Shown here: one piece after another, positions 9,704 through 18,938 of the stretch
How the letters are laid out: each line of letters opens with the position of its first letter
How positions within the stretch are numbered: the first letter of the stretch is position 1
NCBI GenBank assembly: GCA_963729985.1
Contig: CAVSPJ010000002.1
Span: forward strand, 773,017-837,016
Direction of reading: 5' to 3'
From: an uncultured Gemmatimonadales bacterium
GTDB lineage: Bacteria > Gemmatimonadota > Gemmatimonadetes > Gemmatimonadales > GWC2-71-9
Length of the DNA stretch: 64,000 nt
The notes under the pieces: model-generated
The model's input: only the letters and a program-made list of their open reading frames with translations
Databases searched by the model: none
Told to the model about the DNA's origin: nothing
Program-made: the position numbers and the translations under genes

Positions 9704-10789
9704 ATGGGTATGTCAGTGAAGCTCACCGACCTGGCCGCCGCCGCCGCCACCGAGAACGACCCCCGTTGGGCCTCGGTCGTCACCCGCTCCGTCGAGGCGG
9801 ACGGGACCTTCTTCTACTCGGTCCGGACCACCGGGGTGTACTGCCGCCCCTCCTGCGCGGCTCGGCTGGCACGGCCGGAAAACGTTCGGTTCCACCTCAC
9901 CCGGGACGACGCGGAGCGCGCCGGCTTTCGCCCCTGCAAGCGGTGCAAGCCCGACCAGCCGTCACTGGTCGGCCGGCACGCGGCGAGCGTCACCGCGGCT
10001 TGCCGCTTGATCGAGACCTCCCCGACGGTGCCCCCTCTCCAGGAGCTGGCCGCCCACGCGGGCGTGAGCACATTCCACTTCCACCGGGTGTTCAAGGCGG
10101 TCACCGGGCTCACCCCGCGGGCGTACGCCGCCGCGCATCGCGGCCGGCGGGTTCGCGAGGAGCTGGGCCGGAGCCGCACGGTCACCGCCGCGATCTACCA
10201 GTCGGGATACGGCTCCAACGGCCGGTTCTACGGAGAATCGGAGCAGGTCCTGGGCATGACGCCTGGCGACTACCGCGCCGGCGGTGTGAACGCGGAGATC
10301 CGCTTCGCCATCGGCGAATGCTCGCTGGGATCTATTCTGGTCGCGAGGAGCGAGCGCGGCGTCTGCGCCATCCTGCTGGGCGATGATCCCGAGTCGCTGG
10401 CGCGCGAGCTCCAGGACCGGTTCCCCCGCGCCACCCTGATCGGTGGAGACGCCGGGTTCGAGGAGCTGGTGGCCAAGGTGGTGGGATTGGTGGAGGCGCC
10501 CGGGCTGGGGCTCGATCTGCCGCTCGACGTCCGTGGCACCGCGTTTCAGCAGCGGGTCTGGCTGGCGCTGCGGGAGATCCCCGCGGGTTCGACGGCGAGC
10601 TATGGCGAAATCGCCCGGCGGATCGGATCGCCCAGGTCGGCGAGGGCGGTGGCGCATGCGTGCGCGGCCAACGCCCTGGCGGTGGCGATCCCCTGCCACC
10701 GGGTGGTCCGGAATGACGGCGACTTGTCCGGCTACCGCTGGGGCGTCGAGCGGAAGCGGACGTTGCTCCGGCGAGAGGCCCGATCCTGA
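9704..10789 (+). CDS. ada: Bifunctional transcriptional activator / O6-methylguanine-DNA methyltransferase
   Basis: N-terminal Zn site CRPSC...RPCKRC, AraC HTH, C-terminal IPCHRV. Confidence 0.95.
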   Translation: MGMSVKLTDLAAAAATENDPRWASVVTRSVEADGTFFYSVRTTGVYCRPSCAARLARPENVRFHLTRDDAERAGFRPCKRCKPDQPSLVGRHAASVTAACRLIETSPTVPPLQELAAHAGVSTFHFHRVFKAVTGLTPRAYAAAHRGRRVREELGRSRTVTAAIYQSGYGSNGRFYGESEQVLGMTPGDYRAGGVNAEIRFAIGECSLGSILVARSERGVCAILLGDDPESLARELQDRFPRATLIGGDAGFEELVAKVVGLVEAPGLGLDLPLDVRGTAFQQRVWLALREIPAGSTASYGEIARRIGSPRSARAVAHACAANALAVAIPCHRVVRNDGDLSGYRWGVERKRTLLRREARS

Positions 10790-10799
10790 GCGCCCGAGG

Positions 10800-10852
10800 C
10801 GTAGCTGGCGGCGCCCTACCCCGTGGGCATCAGCTTTCACGACGCGCTCTGA
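10800..10852 (+). pseudogene. 3' relic of a DUF2086-type 2OG-Fe(II) oxygenase gene
   Basis: Reads RSWRRPT/[frameshift]VGISFHDAL*, resembling the family C-terminus (RSGRRHT.GIIFHDA); this gene often follows ada. Confidence 0.55.
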
Positions 10853-10888
10853 CGGCGAGGCCCCCAGCCGGCGAGCGGGCGGCGCGGC

Positions 10889-12655
10889 TCAATGCCCGCC
10901 CGCCGGTACCACCGGCAGGATGATCCAGGAGCGATGCCCGACGGAGTGGTGGATCCGGATGTCGCCGGCCCGGGTCGCGGCCCGCTCGAACTCCTGGTCG
11001 CCGGTCTGGGGATTGACCGAGAACAGCGGGAAGAACGCTCCGGAGAGCACCACCCGCAGGCGATGGCCCGGCAGGAACCGGTTCGCGGTGATCGGCCCGT
11101 CGAGCCGGAGCCGGACCACTTCACCCTCACGCACCAGGTGCCGCTCGGGCCCCCCGTCGCGATAGCTCGCCCGCAGCAGCGCGGTGCCTGGACTCGCCAA
11201 ATTCCACGCCGAGCCATCCGGCGCCACATCGTACAATTGCAGCCACAGGTCGAAGTCCGGCACCGATGCGCTCGCCGCCAGGTCGGCCACCACCTGGCCG
11301 ATGAGGTCGTATGGCGCGGCGAAGGGCGCGGTCTCGAACACGACCAGACCGGGCCGGTCCGGCAGCGCCCGATAGTCGTGGGCGCCGTAGTCGCCATTGA
11401 AGGGATCGGTCAGCGGATCGGCCGGGTCGGAGTGGATGAGGCTCGCCGCCTCCGGCGCGGCCGGGCGTTGCGAGAGCAGGCGGCCGGCCGGCGCGGAGCC
11501 GGCCGGCGGCTGCAGGTAGAGCGTATCCGCCACCGTGCCGGGAATCGGCCACGCCTCGAAGGTGCGCCACTCGTTGGCGCCCATGACGAACACCCTCACC
11601 GGGGCCTCGTCCGAGCCATGCTCGATGCCCTTGAGATGGCGGTCCATCCAGCGGAGCACCGTCGCCGTATAGTCGATCGCGGCCGCGTCGCCGAACATCC
11701 GGTCTCCCACCTTTCCTCTTCCAACCGCGTCCACCCCGTGGGTCCACGCGCCGAGGACCAGGCGGGCTCTCGAGGCCCCGGGCGCCCGGGCCCGCACCAG
11801 GCCCGTGTAGTTGGTGACCGCCCCCGCCGGTCCGTACGGCTCGTCGAACCATCCGGAGAGGTTTAGTACCGCGGCCCCGACCCGGCCGTAGCGTCCCTCC
11901 AGAGTGGCCCAGCTCCACCAGGGGTCGCGGGGCGGGTGGCGCATCCACTCGTAGTACCACGGCGCGATGTCCTGGAAGTCCGGCAGCGTGAGCAACGGAC
12001 GGTGCCGGCGCGCCCTCCCACCATCCCGCTCCCAGGCGGCGGCGGCCTCCTCATCGGTCCGGGGACCGGACCGGCCCAGCCGGCGCCGGAGATCGGGCGC
12101 GATGTTCCACCAGGTCCAATCGAGCCACGAGCCGTCCCACACGCCCCCGGAATACCAGAAGCTCTCGGGCGTGGCGTAGGTCATCGCGGGCACCATCGCC
12201 TTCAGCGAGGGCGGCCGCTCGACCGCGGCGAGCCACTGGACCGCGCCGGGGTAGGAGAGCCCGAAGGTGCCGACCGCGCCGTTGGACCAGGGCTGGCGCG
12301 CGGCCCACTCGATGGTGTCGTAGCCGTCCTGTCCCTCGTGGCGATAGGGCTCGTACCCGCCCTCGGAGCCATGGCGGCCACGCACGTCCTGCACCACGAC
12401 GGCGTAGCCGTGCGCCACGGCCTGGCGGACGAAGTCCGGCCCGGTTGCGTCCTCCCCGCGACCGTACGGGGTGCGGGTGATGAGCACCGGCACCGGCGCC
12501 CTGCCGGCGGGGCGCCAGACCTGCGCCCGGAGCACCACCCCGTCGCGCATCGGCACGGAGACGGCCGAGTCCACCCGGATGGCCGACCCGGCGGGAGGCC
12601 GGGGCATACACCCGGCGAGGCCGGCGCAGAGGAGAACGTGGAGCTTCCAGGTCAC
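10889..12655 (-). CDS. CocE/NonD family hydrolase (lipoprotein)
   Basis: VPMRDGV.L, RTPY, QDVRGR.GSEG, G.FGLSY nucleophile, WFD, GAWTH; GTG 12655 gives lipobox LAGC. Confidence 0.9.
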   Translation of the reverse strand: MTWKLHVLLCAGLAGCMPRPPAGSAIRVDSAVSVPMRDGVVLRAQVWRPAGRAPVPVLITRTPYGRGEDATGPDFVRQAVAHGYAVVVQDVRGRHGSEGGYEPYRHEGQDGYDTIEWAARQPWSNGAVGTFGLSYPGAVQWLAAVERPPSLKAMVPAMTYATPESFWYSGGVWDGSWLDWTWWNIAPDLRRRLGRSGPRTDEEAAAAWERDGGRARRHRPLLTLPDFQDIAPWYYEWMRHPPRDPWWSWATLEGRYGRVGAAVLNLSGWFDEPYGPAGAVTNYTGLVRARAPGASRARLVLGAWTHGVDAVGRGKVGDRMFGDAAAIDYTATVLRWMDRHLKGIEHGSDEAPVRVFVMGANEWRTFEAWPIPGTVADTLYLQPPAGSAPAGRLLSQRPAAPEAASLIHSDPADPLTDPFNGDYGAHDYRALPDRPGLVVFETAPFAAPYDLIGQVVADLAASASVPDFDLWLQLYDVAPDGSAWNLASPGTALLRASYRDGGPERHLVREGEVVRLRLDGPITANRFLPGHRLRVVLSGAFFPLFSVNPQTGDQEFERAATRAGDIRIHHSVGHRSWIILPVVPAGGH

Positions 12656-12781
12656 GGGAACCCCCCAGTACGTTTGCGCCAAGTTTAAACGTCTCCCACC
12701 AAGTGGTCGGTGAGCCCGGCCGGGGGAACCGACGGCACCCCACCCGCGTAGGGACTCTGAACCCTTTCAGGGAGTCTGTCG

Positions 12782-13249
12782 ATGGCCCGCGTGATCCTGG
12801 TCGCGCTTTCCGTTCCCACCCTCCTGGCCGGCGCGTTGCGGGCCCAGGCGTCGCCCGCGGCGCCAGCGGTTCTGACCCGGCAGGTGTTCGCGGCTGAAAG
12901 CAGCTTCGCCGCGACGATGGCGAACCGCGACTCGATCGCCTTCGCGCGGTTCCTGGCGCCCGAGGCGGTGTTCTTCGGCCGGAGCACGGCCATGCACGGC
13001 AAGACGGCCGTGCTGGACGGATGGCGGGCGTTCTTTCTCGAGCCCGCGGCGCCCTTCTCCTGGAAGCCGGAAACGGTCGAAGTGCTGGCGTCCGGGACGC
13101 TCGCGCACAGCAGCGGCCCGGTCCACAACGCGAAGGGGCATCAGATCGGCACCTTCAATTCGATCTGGCGGCGCGAGCCCGACGGCACCTGGCTGGTCGT
13201 CTTCGACAAGGGCTGCCCGGTCTGCGACTGCGAGAAGCGCGGCCCCTGA
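12782..13249 (+). CDS. Secreted NTF2-like (DUF4440) protein
   Basis: Signal peptide; FSWKPE.VEV..SG.LA.SSGP, FNSIWRRE.DG.W.VVFDKGC. Confidence 0.8.
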   Translation: MARVILVALSVPTLLAGALRAQASPAAPAVLTRQVFAAESSFAATMANRDSIAFARFLAPEAVFFGRSTAMHGKTAVLDGWRAFFLEPAAPFSWKPETVEVLASGTLAHSSGPVHNAKGHQIGTFNSIWRREPDGTWLVVFDKGCPVCDCEKRGP

Positions 13250-13312
13250 CCCCCGCGGCCGGGCCGGCCGAGGCTACCTTTCGCGCGTGCACCTCGCCCG
13301 GCTCGACTTCCG

Positions 13313-14305
13313 ATGAGCGCCGATCCCGAGCTCGACGGCGTCCTCGCCTTCCTGCGGACCGCGGAGCGACTCAAGAGCACGCCCCGCAGCGGATGGACCA
13401 CGGCCGGCGAGCGGGAAAGCGTGGCGGCGCACACCTGGCGCCTCTCGCTCATGGCCGCCGTGCTGTCGGACCGTTTTCCGGACATCGACCTCGCCCGCCT
13501 GCTCAAGATCTGCCTGATCCACGATCTCGGCGAAGCGCTGCACGGAGACATTCCGGCTCCGCGGCAGTCCGCCGAGGCGGGCAAGGCGTCCCGCGAGCGC
13601 GAGGACCTGGCGTCGGTGCTGGCCCCGCTGCCGGCCCGGCTGCGGGAGGAGCTCGCCGGCCTGTGGGACGAATACGAGGCCGCCGGTACGCCGGAGGCCC
13701 GGCTCGCGAAGGGACTCGACAAGCTTGAGACCATCTTGCAGCACACCCAGGGACTCAACCCGGCCGACTTCGACTACCGGTTCAATCTCAGCTACGGCCA
13801 GGCCTACACCGCCGCCCATCCCGTCCTCGCCGCGATCCGGGCCCGGCTGGACGAGGCGACGGAAGCCCGGGCGCGGGACGTCGGTCCGACGACGGCAGGC
13901 GGCGCCGAGCAACTGGCGGTGGCGTTCCTGAGCCGCGTGTGGGGCCCGGAACACGATCTCGACGCCATCGATGAGCTGATGACCGAGGACTACGCGATCA
14001 CCACCGGAGGCAGCGTGATCCGAGGGCGGGAGGCGTTCAAGCGCTGGGTGGCCGAGTTTCAGTCCCGTCTGCGCGACGCGCGGACCACGAACATCGACGC
14101 CTTCGCCAATGCCGCCGGAGACCGCGTCGTCTCGCGCTGGCTCTGCACCGGGATCAACAACGGCCTGCTCGGCCTGCCGGCGGACGGGCGTCCGGTCTCG
14201 TTCACCGGCATCGCCATCTGGCGCGTCGTCGGCGGTAGGCTCGCGGAGTGCTGGGTCGAGCGCGCTTCCTGGGAGCTGTACCAGGAGCTCTCGAGGACCC
14301 CCTGA
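13313..14305 (+). CDS. HD-domain phosphohydrolase (YfbR/HDDC2-like) fused to a C-terminal SnoaL-like ester-cyclase domain
   Basis: ESVAAHTWR, IHDLGE, DKLE in the first ~190 aa; GREAFK, GDRVVSRW, GRPVSFTG.AIWRV..GRL.ECW in the last ~135 aa. Confidence 0.8.
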   Translation: MSADPELDGVLAFLRTAERLKSTPRSGWTTAGERESVAAHTWRLSLMAAVLSDRFPDIDLARLLKICLIHDLGEALHGDIPAPRQSAEAGKASREREDLASVLAPLPARLREELAGLWDEYEAAGTPEARLAKGLDKLETILQHTQGLNPADFDYRFNLSYGQAYTAAHPVLAAIRARLDEATEARARDVGPTTAGGAEQLAVAFLSRVWGPEHDLDAIDELMTEDYAITTGGSVIRGREAFKRWVAEFQSRLRDARTTNIDAFANAAGDRVVSRWLCTGINNGLLGLPADGRPVSFTGIAIWRVVGGRLAECWVERASWELYQELSRTP

Positions 14306-14994
14306 TCCGCGCGGCGGCGGTCCACCTCTACACCGCCTCGGGGGCGGTTCTCGCCTTCCTCGCGACGGCGGAGATCTGCTCCGCCGGCCCCGATCCACGA
14401 CGAGTCTTCGTGTTGCTGGCCGCCGCCGTGCTGGTGGACGCCACCGACGGGCCCCTGGCGCGGCGTTGGGAGGTGAAGCGGGTGCTGCCGGCGATCGACG
14501 GCCGGAAGATCGACGACATCGTCGACTACCTCACCTACACCTTCGTTCCGTTGCTGCTGATCTGGCGGATGGGCTGGGTGCCGGAACCGGGGGTCGCGTG
14601 GGTGGCGCCGGCGCTGCTGGCATCGCTCTTCGGATTCGCGCATACCGGCATCAAGGACGAGACCGGCGGATTCTTTCTCGGCTTTCCGTCCTACTGGAAC
14701 GTAGTGGCCTTCTACGCTGGCATCGTCCATCGGCTGTATGGACCCGCGGTCAACGCCGCGGCAGTGGTGGTCCTGGCGGTGGCGACGCTGCTGCCGATCA
14801 GGTTCCTCTATCCCAACCTCGCGCCCCGGCCATGGCGGGCGCCGGTCATCCTCGGGGCGTACCTCTGGCTGGGCGTGATGCTCGCCATGCTGCCCGACTA
14901 TCCGCTGGCGCCTGCCTGGCTGTTGTGGCTCTCCCTGGTGTATCCCGCGTTCTATACCTGGCTCTCCTTCCGCCTCGCTCGCTCGAGCCGGTGA
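14302..14994 (+). CDS. pcs: Phosphatidylcholine synthase (CDP-alcohol phosphatidyltransferase)
   Basis: VHLYTASG, DATDGPLARR...DGRKIDDIVDYLTY, FFLGFPSYWN; start uncertain (CTG overlapping the upstream TGA, or GTG 14248). Confidence 0.8.
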   Translation: MIRAAAVHLYTASGAVLAFLATAEICSAGPDPRRVFVLLAAAVLVDATDGPLARRWEVKRVLPAIDGRKIDDIVDYLTYTFVPLLLIWRMGWVPEPGVAWVAPALLASLFGFAHTGIKDETGGFFLGFPSYWNVVAFYAGIVHRLYGPAVNAAAVVVLAVATLLPIRFLYPNLAPRPWRAPVILGAYLWLGVMLAMLPDYPLAPAWLLWLSLVYPAFYTWLSFRLARSSR

Positions 14995-15084
14995 AGCCGT
15001 GGCGATCCGACCCAGGAGGTCGAAGGCGAAGGCGTTGGCCCGACGAGGCGCCACGTAACCGGCTGGGCTGCCGGATAGCGGCGT

Positions 15085-15648
15085 CTACCAGCTTTCCGAT
15101 CCCGGTGCTCCCTTGAAGGGGCCCACCAGGTCGGGCGTCACCCAGCCGCCATAGTAGAAGCCCGGCTGGGGCTCCACCCGCTGGTCGCCCACGTAGCAGG
15201 CGTCCATCCGTCGGGGATAGAACGAGAGATAGTCCCGCAGCATCTCGAAGCCCGGGTCCGGGGTCGGATAGCTCCACGCGGCGTCCTTCGCCTCCCGCCG
15301 CGCCGAGCTCACCGTCCAGTAGTGCGCCAGCCCCTTCCACTCGCAGAAACTGGTGCGGGTGCTGGCCGCGATGCGATCGAGATCCACGTCCGCCGGTGGG
15401 ATGTAGTAGCCGGGCGGGCTGGATGTCTCACAGACCCGCAGGGCTCGGCTCGAGAGCGCGATGACGAGCCCGTCGAACTCGACGCGGACCGGCAGGCGCA
15501 CTGGCTCGACTCGTGGGGGCCGGGGGTAGTCCCATACCGACTCCTGCCCGGGGCCGGGCACGATGATGTCGGGTGGCCTCAATCGCGGGTGGCTCCGCCA
15601 CTTCGCGCGCTCGGCGGCATACAGGTCGAACGGAATCGCCACAGGCAC
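15085..15648 (-). CDS. DUF427 domain protein
   Basis: ESVWDYPRPP, ETSSPP.YYIP, FCEWKG.A.Y, AAWSY, QPGFYYGGWVT. Confidence 0.88.
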   Translation of the reverse strand: MPVAIPFDLYAAERAKWRSHPRLRPPDIIVPGPGQESVWDYPRPPRVEPVRLPVRVEFDGLVIALSSRALRVCETSSPPGYYIPPADVDLDRIAASTRTSFCEWKGLAHYWTVSSARREAKDAAWSYPTPDPGFEMLRDYLSFYPRRMDACYVGDQRVEPQPGFYYGGWVTPDLVGPFKGAPGSESW

Positions 15649-15718
15649 CTCGGGATGCGGGTCATGTGCGGAAACGTCGCTCGACCGCGCCGGGTTCCTT
15701 CGCTCGTGGCCCCGCGGC

Positions 15719-18451
15719 TCAGCGTGCCGGCAGCGTGGCGGCGCTGCTCCGCACCCCGTCCGACATGATCAGCTCCACCTCGCTTCCGGCCGTTGGCAGG
15801 ACCACGTTCCCGCCCCGGGCCAACGACAGCACCTCGCCCGACCTGGGGTCTCGCACCATGACCAGGGGATGGACCGCGGCATCCCAGTCGATCGCGACGC
15901 CGGCGGCGGCGCGCAGGACGCTGACGGGCCGCGCGGGCGCCGCGCGCAGCGACGGTGCCGAGGCGGAAATCGCGGCCGCCCCGACGCCCGGCCCCGCGAG
16001 CCGGATGGTTTCCAGCCGGTCCGCGCTCTGCCGGTCGAGCGGTACCGCGAAGGCGAAGTGCTTGGCGCCGCGCGCGTCGTCGGCCGCTTCGGTCGGGTCG
16101 AACGACAGGTCGAACACCCGAGACCCGTCGCCCGCGATCCCTTCGATCGAGTACGCGCCAGCCCGGCTCGGCAGCACCGGACGGGTGACGAGGTGGAAGG
16201 CGGGCTCGATCACCGCCCGGCCGTTCACGATCCGGCCCCACACCAGCAGTGAGGGCCGCGCACGAGCATTCGAGGCACCGCCCGGCGCCGTCTGGCGGAA
16301 GGCCATCACTTCCTGATAGGTGTAGTCGCTGATCCAGGGATTGTCGCAGTACCCCATGACGTCGGGGGTGTTCCGCGGCTTGATCGCGCCGGTCTTGAGG
16401 TCGTAGCCGATTCTCCCGATGATGCCGCCCGGGTAGGGGAAATCGGTATCCCGGTCGCCGGGGCTGCCGCACGGCGCGTGCAGGCGCCCCCAGGTGTGGC
16501 CCAGCTCGTGGGCAGTGACCCGTCCACGGTCGGTCGGATGGTCGTACCCCATGGCGATGGGGGCGCCGATGAACCCCATGCCGGCGAGCCCCGAGAGGTA
16601 GTCGATGCGGACCACGCCGTAGTAGTGGCGGTTGCTGGTCTCCGCAATCCGGATCGCGGCAAGCTCGTTCAGGACCGTATTCCAGGCCCCGTTCGCATTG
16701 TCCGACTGAAGCGGACCGGAAGTCGTGGTGGTATACACCGCGTGCACCCCGGCGTCATAGCCGGGGAGCGGATAGATCCGCTGGGTGAGGTCGAGGTACT
16801 GGTCGCGGCTGGCGAGCGAAACATCGCCCTGGAGCTGGTTGGCGCTCTGACGCACCGGAACGAGAGTGACGGCGAGAGGCGCAGCCACCAGCACCGACAG
16901 GGGCAGCGGTGCTCCGGAGGGATAGGTGTTGTCGGTCTCGTCCGTCTCGGGAATCAGGCTCGCCGGGTCTACGTCCGCGAGGATCGCCAGCCCCGATCGA
17001 ATGCGCGCGCCGGGCACCAACACATTCCAGGTGGTGCCCAGATCGCCGTCGCTGCGGCCGGTGGGCACCGTGTCCGCGGGAGCGGCAATGACGAAGGTCT
17101 CCACCAACGCGGCGCCGTCGTACAGCCGCACCCGCACCGCCGGGGTCGCGGTGTTGCTCTGGTTCGCCTGCGCGACGACCCGCAGCAGGGCATCCCGCCC
17201 GGCGACCAGCGCCACGGCGTTGTCGAAGGACTGGACGCTTTGGGTGAGATTGACGCCCGCGATGCGCAGGTTGAGCGAGCCGCCTGACACCGCAGCATAG
17301 GTGATCGTCACCGTGGCGGTGGCGCCCGCCTCGACCGCGACGGTGCGATTCCGGGGGCTCGGCGCGTAGGTGGCGCCGCCCCTGCCGACGTCCGCGGCGC
17401 CTACGGCGTACTGTCCCGGATCGAGGCCGTCGAGAATCCCGGTGGCCGTCAGCTGTTCGCTGTAGCTCCCGGGCCCCGTGACCGTCACCGCGGCGTCCAC
17501 CCCGGCTGGCAACCCGGCGACCGTGACCGCGAGGCTTCCGGTGGTGGCCGAACACTGGACGGCGAACGCCACCGTCGTGGTCTCCGACTCGGTGATGGTC
17601 ACGCCGCGCGGATTCTGCCCCTGGACGGCGCAGTTGCCGGCGACACCGCCGAGGGCGACGGAATGCGCTCCGGGCGCTAGGCCGCCGATGGTGCGGCTGG
17701 CGCTCACGCCGATGGCGACCGCGGCGCCACCATCCACGCTCACGGTGTACCCCGACGGGTCCACCGGGGAGCCGCTGGTGGCGGTGGTGACCTCGAGCGT
17801 GCCGGCTCCCGCGGCGCAGCTGATCGAGAAACCCACCTCGACGTCGCCGCCCGCCACCACCGTGACCGGGCGCGGGTTTTCCCCATCCACCGCGCAGTTC
17901 GCCGCCACACCCGAGAGCTCGACCGTCGTCACGCCCGCCGCCACGTTGGGCAGGCGCACTGTGGCGCTGGGGCCGATCGACCGCGTGGCGCTTCCGCCGA
18001 CGGTGAAGGCGTAGCCGTCGGGATCGGGACTCGACCCACTGGTGACCGTGATGACGGTGAGGGCGCCGGTAGGCGGGGGAAGCGGGCCGCACTCGATGCT
18101 GAAGTCGAGCCCGGCGACCTCGCCGGCCACGATGGTGACGGTTCGCGGATTGCCGCCCGCCACCGCGCAGTTGGCCGCGATACCGGCCAGACCGATCCGA
18201 TGGGGGCCGGGAACGAGATCCGTCAGCGTCGCCGCCGCCGCGGCGCCGATCGGCCTCACCTCGGCGTCGTCGAGGGTCAGGGCATATCCATCGGGGTCGG
18301 GAGTTTCTCCGAGGGTACTGGTGGTGACGTGGACCGCGCCGGTGGTCGGGGCGGTGAGCTCGGAGCCGCCGCCGCAGGCCAGCGAGAGGGCGGCGCTCGT
18401 ACCCAGGAAGAGCCTGCGCCCGGCGTGGGGGGGCCAGCGGAGCTGTCGCAT
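15719..18451 (-). CDS. Surface lipoprotein with three Cys-paired beta-rich repeats and a zinc metallopeptidase (M66-like) domain
   Basis: Lipobox SLAC; three ~90-aa repeats (DP.GY...NCAV.G.NPR.VT...F.I/V.C); AHELGHTWGRLH zinc motif; DVMGYC Met-turn. Confidence 0.75.
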   Translation of the reverse strand: MRQLRWPPHAGRRLFLGTSAALSLACGGGSELTAPTTGAVHVTTSTLGETPDPDGYALTLDDAEVRPIGAAAAATLTDLVPGPHRIGLAGIAANCAVAGGNPRTVTIVAGEVAGLDFSIECGPLPPPTGALTVITVTSGSSPDPDGYAFTVGGSATRSIGPSATVRLPNVAAGVTTVELSGVAANCAVDGENPRPVTVVAGGDVEVGFSISCAAGAGTLEVTTATSGSPVDPSGYTVSVDGGAAVAIGVSASRTIGGLAPGAHSVALGGVAGNCAVQGQNPRGVTITESETTTVAFAVQCSATTGSLAVTVAGLPAGVDAAVTVTGPGSYSEQLTATGILDGLDPGQYAVGAADVGRGGATYAPSPRNRTVAVEAGATATVTITYAAVSGGSLNLRIAGVNLTQSVQSFDNAVALVAGRDALLRVVAQANQSNTATPAVRVRLYDGAALVETFVIAAPADTVPTGRSDGDLGTTWNVLVPGARIRSGLAILADVDPASLIPETDETDNTYPSGAPLPLSVLVAAPLAVTLVPVRQSANQLQGDVSLASRDQYLDLTQRIYPLPGYDAGVHAVYTTTTSGPLQSDNANGAWNTVLNELAAIRIAETSNRHYYGVVRIDYLSGLAGMGFIGAPIAMGYDHPTDRGRVTAHELGHTWGRLHAPCGSPGDRDTDFPYPGGIIGRIGYDLKTGAIKPRNTPDVMGYCDNPWISDYTYQEVMAFRQTAPGGASNARARPSLLVWGRIVNGRAVIEPAFHLVTRPVLPSRAGAYSIEGIAGDGSRVFDLSFDPTEAADDARGAKHFAFAVPLDRQSADRLETIRLAGPGVGAAAISASAPSLRAAPARPVSVLRAAAGVAIDWDAAVHPLVMVRDPRSGEVLSLARGGNVVLPTAGSEVELIMSDGVRSSAATLPAR

Positions 18452-18550
18452 CGATGAATTCTCACGTCGCGCGTGGAGCCGCGTCGTGGTGTCAGAGAGG
18501 AGGCGCCGCGGGGGAAACGACGACTCGTGCCACGGATTATCGAAGGTAGG

Positions 18551-18841
18551 TCAGAGTACCCAGGCGGCGCTGGGGCCGTCAAGAGAGGCGGGGGGCGAGA
18601 CCTTGACGCCGCGCCGGCGCGAGAGCCAGCGCGCACTGCGGTGACCCACCAGCCCACCGGCGAGAACATCGGAGGCCCAGTGGCCTGACAGCAGGGGGGC
18701 CTGTTGCGCCCGCGGGACGATGTCCGCCCGCGGGGTCATGTCCACCGGCGGGACGCTCTCCACCTGGGCGAGAGCGCCGGCCGGGAGCGAGACCGCCTGC
18801 AGCGCCAGTCCGATGGCCGGGACGAGCTCGCGCAAGGGCAC
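18551..18841 (-). pseudogene. Internally deleted PAP2-family phosphatase relic (96 aa)
   Basis: Signal-like N-terminus joined almost directly to HWASDVLAGGLVG (PAP2 motif 3); motifs 1-2 absent. Confidence 0.5.
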
Positions 18842-18938
18842 GCCACCTCCGACTACTGAGGAAACTTCGCCGAGCCGCCCGAGGCGGGGAACGGTCGTCA
18901 GAGGAGCAAGCGAACCGAGGTTTGGTGACTGGTGGCTG

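Noticed and set aside
12725-12750. ECF-sigma-like promoter GGAACC-N16-CGTA upstream of the DUF4440 gene
   Set aside because: A single short match that is plausible by chance; no second instance or sigma gene in the window supports it
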